A stretch of DNA of 64,000 bases from a virus (Duplodnaviria; Caudoviricetes): positions 44,557 to 108,556 of the IMG/VR virus record IMGVR_UViG_2654587994_000003, one strand, 5' to 3'. How positions within the stretch are numbered: position 1 is the first letter of the stretch; each line of letters starts with the position of its first letter. The position numbers were made by a program, and so were the translations under genes. Below are positions 38,389 through 48,068 of this stretch, one piece after another. Under the pieces are notes generated by a model. It was not told the origin of the DNA, ran no database searches, and saw only the letters and a list, made by a program, of their open reading frames with translations.

Positions 38389-39756
38389 TCAGAAAGTTCT
38401 CGACAACACTTTCTGAACGACTCCCTCAATAACTTTCTCCGAAAGGCTGTGCCCTCCGAAGCTTGAAAGCATGGGATCAGTTGCGCTTTTGATGAGAGGA
38501 GCAAGGGAGTTTATCGGGGTGTCACACCTCATCTGAACATAACCAGTTTCGCTATCGACGTATGACGGATCCCATGCTGAAATGTAGCGGCTCCAGTCAC
38601 TCCAAGCTTCCAACTCCCTGCCTGCGATACCCGACCATTTAAATAAAACATGAATCTCTGCATCATCGCTAGCGCCCAATTCGCGCGCAAACGCAAGAAG
38701 CACAGCCAATGTTTCTGCAACGCGCCAGAGAACCAATATTGGATCAAGTTTTGTTCTCGGCGGTACCTTGTCTGTTAAATCATCTTGGAGAATACGCCAC
38801 AAATAGAACTCTCCCGTCTTCCGAATTCGATAGAAATCTACATGACCGGATAAGATCGTAGTCTCCCAGTGGCTGTTGACTTTTCTTGGCTTCCATCTTT
38901 GGTCATAAAAATTTCGGGAATCTAGCCAAACAGGCCATCCGGTATACCTTGGGTTACTCGAAGCGACCTTGTTCAAGAAATCAATGTCGTTTCCCTCGCT
39001 TATCGGCGGGTCGATTATTGCCATTGCGCTCCATGAACCCATATCAGCAAACGGACTGTAATCTGTTGCAAAGTCGGATGAACTGAGGACTTGATCTCGT
39101 CGATCCTCGTTTTCTGCCATAAGGACAGTCAATCTTTCCAACATAGTTGGTGGAGCGGGTGCGGCTCCGAATGACTGCAAGAGAGCGGTAAGCGATTCCC
39201 CGCCAAGGTGCCTGCGAAGAAATCTACCGATGTCGGCCTCACGGTTATCGAAACAGATATCTACAATATCTTTCCAATCGGAAGCCAGAGCTGGCGCCGA
39301 ACTTACTCGACCGTTTGAGTTGAGCGTCCTGAAATAAACCCTATCTTTCAGCACACTGTTTCCACCTGGCACCGTCAATTCACGCTTCGTGGCTACAGGC
39401 ACTGTAACGCCCGCAGGGACTTTTATTACTGGGTATGGTCGGTCTTTAAACCTGGCGAAACCTACAAGAACTTCGAATGGTATCGACGCGTATTTTGAGA
39501 CAATTCCCTGCACCACGTCCGCATGAAATGCTTCAAATACGTCTGTTAGTTCATTTTCCAGATCAGGCAGTAGAGTGGTGTCATCGAAGCCGACAACAAG
39601 ATAACCCCCGTTTCTATTTCGAAGCGCGATGGTAGCTTGTATTATTTTTGCTGCCCCTGAGGGTAAACGTGGATCAATCCATCTCTTAACCTCAACACTT
39701 AGCGACTCAGAAAGGCTGGAAACAAGTCCATCTATCTCGTCTTGCGTGATATCCAT
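38389..39756 (-). CDS. AlbA_2/Schlafen-like domain protein
   Basis: ESLSVEVK..IALRNRNGGYLVVGFDD..VYFR; low GC. Confidence 0.75.
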   Translation of the reverse strand: MDITQDEIDGLVSSLSESLSVEVKRWIDPRLPSGAAKIIQATIALRNRNGGYLVVGFDDTTLLPDLENELTDVFEAFHADVVQGIVSKYASIPFEVLVGFARFKDRPYPVIKVPAGVTVPVATKRELTVPGGNSVLKDRVYFRTLNSNGRVSSAPALASDWKDIVDICFDNREADIGRFLRRHLGGESLTALLQSFGAAPAPPTMLERLTVLMAENEDRRDQVLSSSDFATDYSPFADMGSWSAMAIIDPPISEGNDIDFLNKVASSNPRYTGWPVWLDSRNFYDQRWKPRKVNSHWETTILSGHVDFYRIRKTGEFYLWRILQDDLTDKVPPRTKLDPILVLWRVAETLAVLLAFARELGASDDAEIHVLFKWSGIAGRELEAWSDWSRYISAWDPSYVDSETGYVQMRCDTPINSLAPLIKSATDPMLSSFGGHSLSEKVIEGVVQKVLSRTF

Positions 39757-39836
39757 TAGTCCCTCCAGCATTGTTCGCCTACGAATAAGAACTTTATTTG
39801 CCTGGGGTAGCAAGATGCTGTAGCGACACCTCCGCT

Positions 39837-42059
39837 TCACGCCGCCCTCACAAACACCGCCAACTCTCGCCGCACAGGATCCCGCTCCTCCCGCTCGACA
39901 AGCGCGCCTTCACGCATAAGGGCGCCCACAAGGCTGGCCGCCCGCTTGCGCTGCACGTTGTCGTCCAAATCCAGCCCCACAGCGTACGCTACAGCGCCTC
40001 CGACCCAGTTCTTGGCCTTCGGTGACTTCTTGTAGTCGGACGCGCTTACGGCCGCCAGGATGGACGCGCGCTGGTCTTCCGTGAGTTCGCCCGCTACTTC
40101 CGCAGCGCTTGGCCACTGCCACTCCGTGACGACCGGTGCGAAGTCCTGCGGCTGAGCAAGGCCGGTCCCGTTTCCAAGCGGCGTCGAGACGAGATGGCGC
40201 CACTCGGCCTTGTGCGAAAGCGGCGTCAGGTTCGACTTGCCATAGGTGGTGTAGAAATAGCCGAAGCGGTCAGCCTTATCGATACCAGCCTCGCCTGCCT
40301 GCTCCTCTGACATGCGGTTCAGGACGCGCACCGAACGCGCCGCGCCTATCAGTGACACCGCACCACGCGCATCTTCAACCGTCGCCTCTCGGTCAGCGAC
40401 CTTGCGAAGGTGGTGCACGATGTCGATTGAGCAGTTGGTGTAGTCAGCAATTTGGGCCCAAAGCTTCGCCACCTTGTCGATCGCACCGTTGTCGTTCTCA
40501 TTGACGCCGTGCGTGGACACGAACGGATCGACAATCATGACGTCGATGCCATTGCGCTCGATCTGCTCGACCACCGCCTCGACGATCGGTTGCTGAATCC
40601 GAACGCCAGCCTTCTTGTCCTCGATGGCGACGCACAGTTCCTGCTCACGACCGCTGTCCAGGAAGAGATGGCCTTCGAGGTCGGCAGGCTTCAGTTTGTA
40701 GTGGATGCAGGCCGCCATGATGCGCCGCTCCATTTCGTCGCGCGGATCCTCGGCGTTGAATATCCACGTGCGCAGACGCTTCGGCGGCTTGGTGCCAAGC
40801 AGCGCCCTGCCCGACACCATGGCAAGCGCCTCAGCGATGCTGCTGGACGTCTTGCCTAGGCCGCCAGGCGACACCGTGACGGACACGTATTTGCGGATGA
40901 AGTGCGAGCCGTATGCGAACTCACGGCGCGGCAGTGTCTTGGGATCGATCCACTTGAAGGCAGTTGCGGTGATGGGTGACGGAGGCGTGTTGTCGTTGGC
41001 GGGCTCGATATCACCAGCGGGTGATACGACTTCCTGCTCGGGAATATCCGTGCGGTTCTGCGGCACGGCTTCCACCACGACATCCGCTTCCACCGCAGCC
41101 GCCTGCTCGCGCAGCCTGCCTTTTTCAAGGCCTCGCTGGATCATCCGCGTAATGTCCACCAGACGCGTGTTGTCGTGCGCCGGGAAGTCGGGCTCAGGAA
41201 TGTGGCGCGGGTTCTGGATGCCAGCCTTAAGACCGTTCTCGATGGTCTTGCAGCAGCGCGACCAGTCCCTGCCCCAGCCGCGAGCAACGTCCTGTAGCAG
41301 CGCACGCGCCTCCGCCTCGCTAAGTGCACCAGCGCCGACGATAGTGCCGATTGAGAACGCGGCATCGTTGAGCGCATTGTTACGCGTCCCCATGGGAGCG
41401 CCAGCAAGGTCCGCCAGCTCACGGTCGACGGCGGCATCCACATAAGCGTTGTTGGTAGCTGCCGACAGGCTGTACTGCGTGTGAGCGGGCGCCGACTTCG
41501 GCAGCAGCAGGTCAAGCAGCCAGGCCGGCGCGTCCGCGATTTCGCGCGTGTCTGTTTCCCACTTGTATGATCGCCCATTCGCCATCGTGCTGCCAGCGGC
41601 CAGCACGTAGCCGCCCTCGGACCGGATATCGACGCCAGCACCAAGCGCGCCGCGGTTGCGCGTGCCCACGACGTACTTGAAGTAGATATGCAGCCCGCCG
41701 TTTGGGCTCGTAACGCGTGCCGTGTCTGGCAGCGGACCGTGCTCCGCTTCCATCTCGGACAACCAATCGAAGCCATTCGCGCCGCCGGGCTTATTGTCGA
41801 TGTCCAACGCGAAGAAGCCCGTCTTTTCGCCCGTCGGAAGGCCAACGGCGGCATCCGGCCAATCCGACCACCATCTCTCGATGATGCGCGGAAAACGCGT
41901 CGCGCCCTTGAAGCCATTGGGCGTCAAAGGCGTCTTTTCGCCAAGCGTAATGATCTCGCCGGTTGCCTGGTCGACGTGTTCCTCGGCGTGTGAGCGGCAT
42001 GGAAATACGGGCCAGCCTTGGGCGACGTAGTATTGCGCTAATTCAAGCGGGGTTTGCAA
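39837..42059 (-). CDS. Primase-polymerase fused to AAA_25 helicase
   Basis: GWPVFPC, LDID, GGLHIYF, DIRSEGGYV; PGGLGKT, IVDP, VHHLRK. Confidence 0.9.
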   Translation of the reverse strand: MQTPLELAQYYVAQGWPVFPCRSHAEEHVDQATGEIITLGEKTPLTPNGFKGATRFPRIIERWWSDWPDAAVGLPTGEKTGFFALDIDNKPGGANGFDWLSEMEAEHGPLPDTARVTSPNGGLHIYFKYVVGTRNRGALGAGVDIRSEGGYVLAAGSTMANGRSYKWETDTREIADAPAWLLDLLLPKSAPAHTQYSLSAATNNAYVDAAVDRELADLAGAPMGTRNNALNDAAFSIGTIVGAGALSEAEARALLQDVARGWGRDWSRCCKTIENGLKAGIQNPRHIPEPDFPAHDNTRLVDITRMIQRGLEKGRLREQAAAVEADVVVEAVPQNRTDIPEQEVVSPAGDIEPANDNTPPSPITATAFKWIDPKTLPRREFAYGSHFIRKYVSVTVSPGGLGKTSSSIAEALAMVSGRALLGTKPPKRLRTWIFNAEDPRDEMERRIMAACIHYKLKPADLEGHLFLDSGREQELCVAIEDKKAGVRIQQPIVEAVVEQIERNGIDVMIVDPFVSTHGVNENDNGAIDKVAKLWAQIADYTNCSIDIVHHLRKVADREATVEDARGAVSLIGAARSVRVLNRMSEEQAGEAGIDKADRFGYFYTTYGKSNLTPLSHKAEWRHLVSTPLGNGTGLAQPQDFAPVVTEWQWPSAAEVAGELTEDQRASILAAVSASDYKKSPKAKNWVGGAVAYAVGLDLDDNVQRKRAASLVGALMREGALVEREERDPVRRELAVFVRAA

Positions 42060-42136
42060 TGGGGGTCTCCTTGGCTTGATAAGGCGAGACGGCGGCTGCT
42101 ACACAACGCAGACACGCATTTTGGCTAGGGGTGGCT

Positions 42137-42958
42137 ATGTCCTGGGGATTCGATAAAGGTCGCATTTACAACAGACGCGCGAGCATTCACGCGCCGTTCG
42201 GCGGTCAGCAGCAGGGCGGCATCATCACCCCTAAGAAACATAATCTGGTGATCATCGTCACAGGCGAAGAAGGTCACGAGCATGGCTACAATGACACGTG
42301 GTCCCCAGATGGTAGGTTCGATTACTTTGGCGAGGGCCAAGTCGGCGACATGAAGATGGAGAAGGGCAATCTCGGCATTGCCAGCCATTCGGCCCGCGGC
42401 AAAAGCCTCTTGCTCTTCACTAAACTAAAGGCAGGCCTAAGGTTCGAAAGCGAGATGGTTTATGAGGGCCATAAGATCGTCAGAGCTCCCGACCGTCTGG
42501 GAAATATGCGTGACGCCATAGTGTTCGCCCTTCGCCCGATCGACACGGTGTTCGAGCACGTCGAAAGTGTGCCTGTCGCCTCGCCACAGACGGCCAAATC
42601 CTTGGATGATCTCAAGAAGCGTGCCTTTGCCGCATCTGTCCAGAAACCGGCAAAAAATCAGGTGACTACGAGCGTCTTCGACAGAAGTCGTGACGTGCGA
42701 GATTACGTGGTTGCGCGATCTCTCGGCAAATGTGAGGGCTGTGGGAACGACGCTCCCTTTACCCGGCCGAATGGTGTGCCCTACCTCGAGCCCCATCACA
42801 TCCGCCGCCTCACTGACGGAGGGCCAGACGACCCGAGATTTGTGATTGCGCTCTGCCCCAACTGTCATCGACGTGTTCATTCCGGGAGTGATGGCGCCGA
42901 TTACAACGGGACGCTTCTTGAGAAGATGAAGACTATCGAGCTGGGCGTGCCCAGTTAG
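42137..42958 (+). CDS. SRA-like plus HNH endonuclease (McrA-like type IV restriction)
   Basis: GGQQQGGI..GYNDTW..YFGEGQVGDM..GN; CEGC..YLEPHH..ALCPNCHRRVH. Confidence 0.8.
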   Translation: MSWGFDKGRIYNRRASIHAPFGGQQQGGIITPKKHNLVIIVTGEEGHEHGYNDTWSPDGRFDYFGEGQVGDMKMEKGNLGIASHSARGKSLLLFTKLKAGLRFESEMVYEGHKIVRAPDRLGNMRDAIVFALRPIDTVFEHVESVPVASPQTAKSLDDLKKRAFAASVQKPAKNQVTTSVFDRSRDVRDYVVARSLGKCEGCGNDAPFTRPNGVPYLEPHHIRRLTDGGPDDPRFVIALCPNCHRRVHSGSDGADYNGTLLEKMKTIELGVPS

Positions 42959-42963
42959 CCGGC

Positions 42964-43338
42964 TCAAAATGGCGCCTCGCTCAACGCCGCCCTTAGCCCC
43001 CGAGCGCAGCCCTCCCACGCTGCCTTGACCATCATGCGCTGCATGAGCTCGTCAAAGTGCGCCAGGTCAGTAACACCATGCTCGGCGATGTATTCGCCGA
43101 CGGCATCAACGCCTGCATCCAGGGCGCGCAGCTCGTAGTCATCGAGGCGATCGATTTTCTTGTAGTTGTCGATGCCCACGGCGCACCTCCGGCAGATGTA
43201 GTTAGGGTCCTTGTCTCGGCCGTTGGCGTTCACGCCGATACCGAAGGCGTGCATGCCGCAGACAAAGCATGTGGTCGGATTATGGTCGGCGTCGACCGTT
43301 GGCGTGTGTTGTCTCGGGGTGGTTGGGAGTTTGGTCAT
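42964..43338 (-). CDS. Zinc-finger hypothetical protein (DUF6511-like)
   Basis: CFVC..CRRC, ends EAPF. Confidence 0.65.
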   Translation of the reverse strand: MTKLPTTPRQHTPTVDADHNPTTCFVCGMHAFGIGVNANGRDKDPNYICRRCAVGIDNYKKIDRLDDYELRALDAGVDAVGEYIAEHGVTDLAHFDELMQRMMVKAAWEGCARGLRAALSEAPF

Positions 43339-43568
43339 GCCTGCGCCTCCGCCCATTCGACCCACGCCAGCAACTTCTCTGCAGGAAAGCTGCTAAGACG
43401 GCTGCCATCATCCTTGATCTGCAACAGGTATCCGCGCGGGAACCTGGGCGGTGGCTTGAAGCCTTCTGGCAAAACCAGCGAAACGCTGGCCTTGCTCTCA
43501 TCCAGACCTAGTTCGCGCGCACCGGTAAGGCTTGCGTTGCAAGCTTCTTTCATCTCGGCCGAGGTCAT
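43335..43568 (-). CDS. Hypothetical protein
   Basis: 77 aa, ATGA overlaps on both sides. Confidence 0.6.
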   Translation of the reverse strand: MTSAEMKEACNASLTGARELGLDESKASVSLVLPEGFKPPPRFPRGYLLQIKDDGSRLSSFPAEKLLAWVEWAEAQA

Positions 43569-44623
43569 GCTGCCACCTTGGCAACAGCATGATTATCGTT
43601 GGCGGCAGAGAACAGATCGGCCACCGGCTGCTCTTTCGTGCCAAGCGACGCGATGTTCTTCACTGCCTGACGGAAGTATGAAGGCTTGAGCTCGAAGCCG
43701 ACGCCCTTGCGGCCCATCTCGACGGCTGAATAAACCTCGCTGCCAATCCCGAGGAACGGCGTAAGCACTGTCTCACCGGGCAGGCTCCACAGATCAATGC
43801 AACGTTCGATCACGTCCAGCTGCAAAGGCGAGATATGCTGTTCGTCTTGCTCATCTCGGGCGGATCGGTATTGCAGTGTGCGTGTTTGGCGAATGTCGCT
43901 CCAAACCGGCGATGCGTATCGCTGCCAGACGAATACGGAGCGCCACTGCTCGAAGCTCCAGGGCGTGCGACCATCGGCAATTGTTTCTGCGGCGTGACGG
44001 TCATAGGCCTCGCGGCTGATGTCGAGACTTTCGTCGCCCACCCACATATCGAACATGCCATCGACCGGTTCAGAGTTTTCGCCCGGCTTTCGGAACGAGA
44101 CGATGTAGTCGGCAAGCCCCTGCCCGCTGATGCAGCTGTCCTTCGTGATCTGCTTGTGCAGCAGGCGAATGGATTTGGTGCGCTGCTGGGCAACTACCGG
44201 GTCTTTCCAGATGCAGACTTCGGAATGAAAGATCCAGCCGGCGTCCTCATAAGCACGGATGATCTCACCGCGGAAATCGCGCATGCCGATAAAGCCGTTG
44301 CGTCTCTTGCTCGTCGGCAGCTGCATGCAGTGAACGCTATGAATGCGTCCCGGTTTTGTGACGCGCAACAGTTCTTGGATAAGAAACGCGTAATGCTCCC
44401 AGAATGCGCCGCCCTCATTGTTGCTGATGTCGCGGTCAAAGCTCGAAAACTTGTAGAGGCCTTCGAACGGTGGAGAGTGGATGCCGAAATGCACGCTGTC
44501 ACCAGGGATAGCGCGAATGAGCTCACACGAGTCACCTTCGTAAATGGCGTAGTTGTCGGTGATGACCTGGTTCACGGCGTTGATGTCGGCGGTCAAGGCC
44601 GCAGTATTCTGTGCGTTCGTCAT
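43565..44623 (-). CDS. N4-cytosine/N6-adenine DNA methyltransferase (beta class)
   Basis: SPPF motif IV precedes TPFLGIGS motif I. Confidence 0.88.
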   Translation of the reverse strand: MTNAQNTAALTADINAVNQVITDNYAIYEGDSCELIRAIPGDSVHFGIHSPPFEGLYKFSSFDRDISNNEGGAFWEHYAFLIQELLRVTKPGRIHSVHCMQLPTSKRRNGFIGMRDFRGEIIRAYEDAGWIFHSEVCIWKDPVVAQQRTKSIRLLHKQITKDSCISGQGLADYIVSFRKPGENSEPVDGMFDMWVGDESLDISREAYDRHAAETIADGRTPWSFEQWRSVFVWQRYASPVWSDIRQTRTLQYRSARDEQDEQHISPLQLDVIERCIDLWSLPGETVLTPFLGIGSEVYSAVEMGRKGVGFELKPSYFRQAVKNIASLGTKEQPVADLFSAANDNHAVAKVAA

Positions 44624-46032
44624 TATGCGGCACCTCCTAGCCATGATGGGATTTGCATCGGGATTTTCGGGTCGTAGCTAGCCTTCTCACGCGCCTGCGC
44701 ATTGATCGCCTGCTTGGTGATATTGGCTGTGTGGAGCACCATCGCTGCGGCCATGCGGTCGGCGTCGGCCTCCTTGCGCTTAAGGTTGGCAACCACAGCG
44801 CCTTCGGTCTCGGCGGCGATAAAGTGAGCTGTGACCTCTTTCTGCTGCCCAAACCGGTAGAAGCGGCGAACCGCCTGATGGATCTGCTCGAAGCTATCGT
44901 TGAGACCAACAAATCCAGTGTCTGCACAGTGCTGCCAGTTCATGCCGAAGCCAGCGATCGAGGGCTTGGTTACGAGCACGCGAATCCGGCCTTCGCTGAA
45001 GTCGATGAGCTTGCGCTCCTTCACATCCTCTTTATCCGAACCGCGCACTTCGACCGCGCCGGGGATGGCCTTGGTCAGAGCCTCGCTCTCGGCGTTGAGA
45101 TTGCACCACCACACGAAAGGCCTGTCCTTCGGCGTCATCGCGGCAGCGAAGGCTACGCGATCATCCACACTGTCACGACGCGCCTTGATGCGCTCTTGGA
45201 GCGTCGATGCACGGCTGCCCACGAGATCACCGACAGCAACGGGAGCTGTCACCGTGTGGTGAATTTGATGCAGCGCCGGCAGCAAATAGGCGCCATCGTC
45301 GTATCCAAGATCGGAAGGCTTGCGAAGCATGACTGCCCACGACGCCATCCAGCGCCAGAAGTCGTTTTCGGCGTGACCTTTGAGCCGCCACTTCTGCGTT
45401 TCCCCGCCGTCGTGAGTAAAGAAGGTCGCTAGCATGTCGGAGTAGGACATGATGCCGAGAAATTCAGCGTGGTTGCCAAGCTCCATAAAATCGTTCGGTG
45501 CAGGCGTAGCAGTAGCAGCCAGCCGGAACGGTATGCCGTGGCACGCCTCGACTAGCTCGTTGCGATAATGGCCAGTCTCGGATTTCAGAATGCTGCTCTC
45601 GTCGAGAATGACGCCAGAGAACTGCGACAGGTCGAAAGCATCAATCTTCTGATAGTTCGTGACGTTAATGCCTGAGCCGATGTCTGACTGTGATCGCACG
45701 TGTCTGGCGGGGATGCCGAACTTCTCAGCCTCGCGCACCATCTGCGCCGCGACTGCCAGAGGCGCGAAATGTAGGACATCGCCCTGTGTCGACGCACTGA
45801 CCGCCTGCCCCCACGCAAGCTCCATGAAGCTCTTGCCGAGGCCAGTGCCGGCGAAGAGCGCAGCGCGGCCACGCTTGAGAGCCCAGGTCACGATGTCGCG
45901 CTGGAACGGGAATAGCACCGATGGAAGATCTGGAATCTCGGTTAGACCCGTCGGCGGGTCTAGAATGGCTTTTCTAGCCAAGAACGCAGCATAGGCGTTC
46001 GCTTGCGCACTGAGCGCAACATTCATGTTCAT
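44623..46032 (-). CDS. SNF2-like helicase
   Basis: GTGLGKS, ILDESS, ATATP, QAVRRFYRFGQ. Confidence 0.88.
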   Translation of the reverse strand: MNMNVALSAQANAYAAFLARKAILDPPTGLTEIPDLPSVLFPFQRDIVTWALKRGRAALFAGTGLGKSFMELAWGQAVSASTQGDVLHFAPLAVAAQMVREAEKFGIPARHVRSQSDIGSGINVTNYQKIDAFDLSQFSGVILDESSILKSETGHYRNELVEACHGIPFRLAATATPAPNDFMELGNHAEFLGIMSYSDMLATFFTHDGGETQKWRLKGHAENDFWRWMASWAVMLRKPSDLGYDDGAYLLPALHQIHHTVTAPVAVGDLVGSRASTLQERIKARRDSVDDRVAFAAAMTPKDRPFVWWCNLNAESEALTKAIPGAVEVRGSDKEDVKERKLIDFSEGRIRVLVTKPSIAGFGMNWQHCADTGFVGLNDSFEQIHQAVRRFYRFGQQKEVTAHFIAAETEGAVVANLKRKEADADRMAAAMVLHTANITKQAINAQAREKASYDPKIPMQIPSWLGGAA

Positions 46033-46112
46033 ATTGTCTCCTCAGACTGTGGTGTTCCCGCCGAAGCGGAAGCCGCGTTGGTGGCGCGGCGGGTGATGTG
46101 GTAGTGTTGCCG

Positions 46113-46883
46113 ATGGGGAATCGGGGTCGGCAAGTGGTTGAAAAAATCAAACGTTATTGGTGGCTTGCTGCATGCCTGTGGGCACTTCTCGCCTTTGTGT
46201 CCTGGCACTTTGAGAGCACATGCGGGGTGTTTTTCTTCTCCGCGTGCCTCTCCGAGTATTGGGCAGGAATTCGGTGGATCGCCTTGCTCAAATGGGTTTC
46301 TCCCTATCAGGCACTACTAGCTGGCATTGCGGCTGTTGTCGGCGGATACTTTGTCCTCCTTTCCCAGCGGCTTCAGATCGATGAGGCGCGCCGCGTTGGC
46401 GTCGCATCGAAAGATGCCTCATTTCGCGCAGCTTTAGCGACTGTGCGTTCTGAATGCCTGCACGTCGCCGATCAGCTGGGCTCTGACGAGCTTCATACAT
46501 CGACCAAGACCCTAGATTTCACACGCGCGTCATTTCCTATCTTCGCCGATCGAGATCCAAGGCTTCTTCATATAACTATGAGCGTGACCCACCGTCTTGA
46601 GAAAGCTCTAGAAGAGAAGAACAAGGGACGGGAATCTGCTTTCTCACAAACAAAACTTTTGTGGTACTCAAGCATTGGAATGGCTTTTGCAGAACTCCTG
46701 ATACAAGTCAGCGAGAAGTTGAACGCAAACGAGGACGCCAGCGTCAGCTACGCGTCTTTCGATGGCCACCGACTCTACAGTTTCCTAGAAAGGAGAGGCC
46801 AAACCCCGAGCGTTTTGTTTGAACTCGGGGCATATTTTAGTTGGCCGGTGGAGCAACATATGGAGGATGAGTGGCGCCCATAG
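46113..46883 (+). CDS. Membrane moron protein
   Basis: N-terminal TM segments, opposite strand; start uncertain. Confidence 0.6.
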   Translation: MGNRGRQVVEKIKRYWWLAACLWALLAFVSWHFESTCGVFFFSACLSEYWAGIRWIALLKWVSPYQALLAGIAAVVGGYFVLLSQRLQIDEARRVGVASKDASFRAALATVRSECLHVADQLGSDELHTSTKTLDFTRASFPIFADRDPRLLHITMSVTHRLEKALEEKNKGRESAFSQTKLLWYSSIGMAFAELLIQVSEKLNANEDASVSYASFDGHRLYSFLERRGQTPSVLFELGAYFSWPVEQHMEDEWRP

Positions 46884-46886
46884 CCA

Positions 46887-47414
46887 TCACGCCACCCTCA
46901 CCGACAGCTGCTCACCCGCCTCGCCCATCTTTGCGCCGCGCACCTTCTTGCCAGCCTGCAACGCCTCCTTGATGGCGGTCTTGTCGGGCGATGTCGAAAC
47001 GCGCACGTAAGCCTTTGGCAACGCGGCTTCGTCGATGATCTCAACCGATGCAGCCTTCTTGCCGATGGATATCGTCGCCTCGGCCAGCGGCACGCGCGGC
47101 ACGCCGGCAGCCTTCAGCAATTTTAACATCAGGCTTCGCATGGCCTCCTTGCGTCGCTCTGCGCGCGACTTGCGCGCTTGCAGATCGGAAATGCGGAGCG
47201 CAACTGACTTTGCCAGGCTGTCGGCGTCGCGCTCGCCGTTGACGAGGCGCGTCAGGACGGCGTGGAAGTTGGTCTCTCCTTCCAGCATGTCTGCGCGCAG
47301 TTCTTCGTCTGTCTCAAGCTCCGGATAAGCGGCCAGCATGTCGGCGAAAAGCGCTTCGAGGTTGGCGACGTCGGCGGCCAAATAGTTGTCGTTGGCGGAT
47401 CTTCTCTCGCTCAT
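46887..47414 (-). CDS. Siphovirus Gp157-family protein
   Basis: Coiled coil, then IIDEAALP..PDKTAIKEAL..G..V.GA. Confidence 0.82.
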   Translation of the reverse strand: MSERRSANDNYLAADVANLEALFADMLAAYPELETDEELRADMLEGETNFHAVLTRLVNGERDADSLAKSVALRISDLQARKSRAERRKEAMRSLMLKLLKAAGVPRVPLAEATISIGKKAASVEIIDEAALPKAYVRVSTSPDKTAIKEALQAGKKVRGAKMGEAGEQLSVRVA

Positions 47415-47461
47415 TTGTGTCTCCTCAATGTGGTGACGCCATTGGTGTGGCGTAGAGTTTG

Positions 47462-47493
47462 AAGCTATACTGTTTTTACAAATTTGTCAAGAT
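47462..47493 (-). promoter_or_regulatory. Repeated phage promoter/operator, copy 2
   Basis: Identical to 4930-4961. Confidence 0.75.
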
Positions 47494-47580
47494 ATAACAT
47501 TGAATGCAGTTTTTGTGATTGCGCGAAGTTGAAACCACCCACAACTTTTCCTACGTATTTTGTGTAATCAACTACAGGAG

Positions 47581-48036
47581 ATGAAATTGGGGCTTCGGGA
47601 CAATCTGAAAAACATTATCGACGATCAACAGAGAGCGGCGGATGAGGCGGCAGAGCGAGCAAAGCGCGAAGCCGCAATCGCTCGGGCTAAATCTCTCGAC
47701 ACGGCAATAAAGTCTTTTTGCCGTCTCCTGGATGAAGGCACGGTGCAGGAGATCATTGAACATCACATTAAGAGCATCCGTGGGATGCGGGTAGTAGTAC
47801 TCGGGTGTTCCCGTGACCGAGCTGTGATCTACTTAGATCCGGAAAGCAATGTTCCTCGTCAGTTCCCGCTAGACATCGAATTCAATGCTGACCCATTTGT
47901 CATGAATGAAGCTATCGAATCCGTGGAGGTCCAAGCCGCGATTGAAGCTCTGAAGAAGGAGGGTGTGATTGTGACAGCCGGACGAGAGCAAGGAAATGGC
48001 GCAATCCGCGTGACGCTTGACTACAGGAATATCTAA
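47581..48036 (+). CDS. Hypothetical moron
   Basis: 151 aa, opposite strand. Confidence 0.6.
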   Translation: MKLGLRDNLKNIIDDQQRAADEAAERAKREAAIARAKSLDTAIKSFCRLLDEGTVQEIIEHHIKSIRGMRVVVLGCSRDRAVIYLDPESNVPRQFPLDIEFNADPFVMNEAIESVEVQAAIEALKKEGVIVTAGREQGNGAIRVTLDYRNI

Positions 48037-48068
48037 AATCGTCGGCGGGGCAGAGCCCCGCCTTTCCC

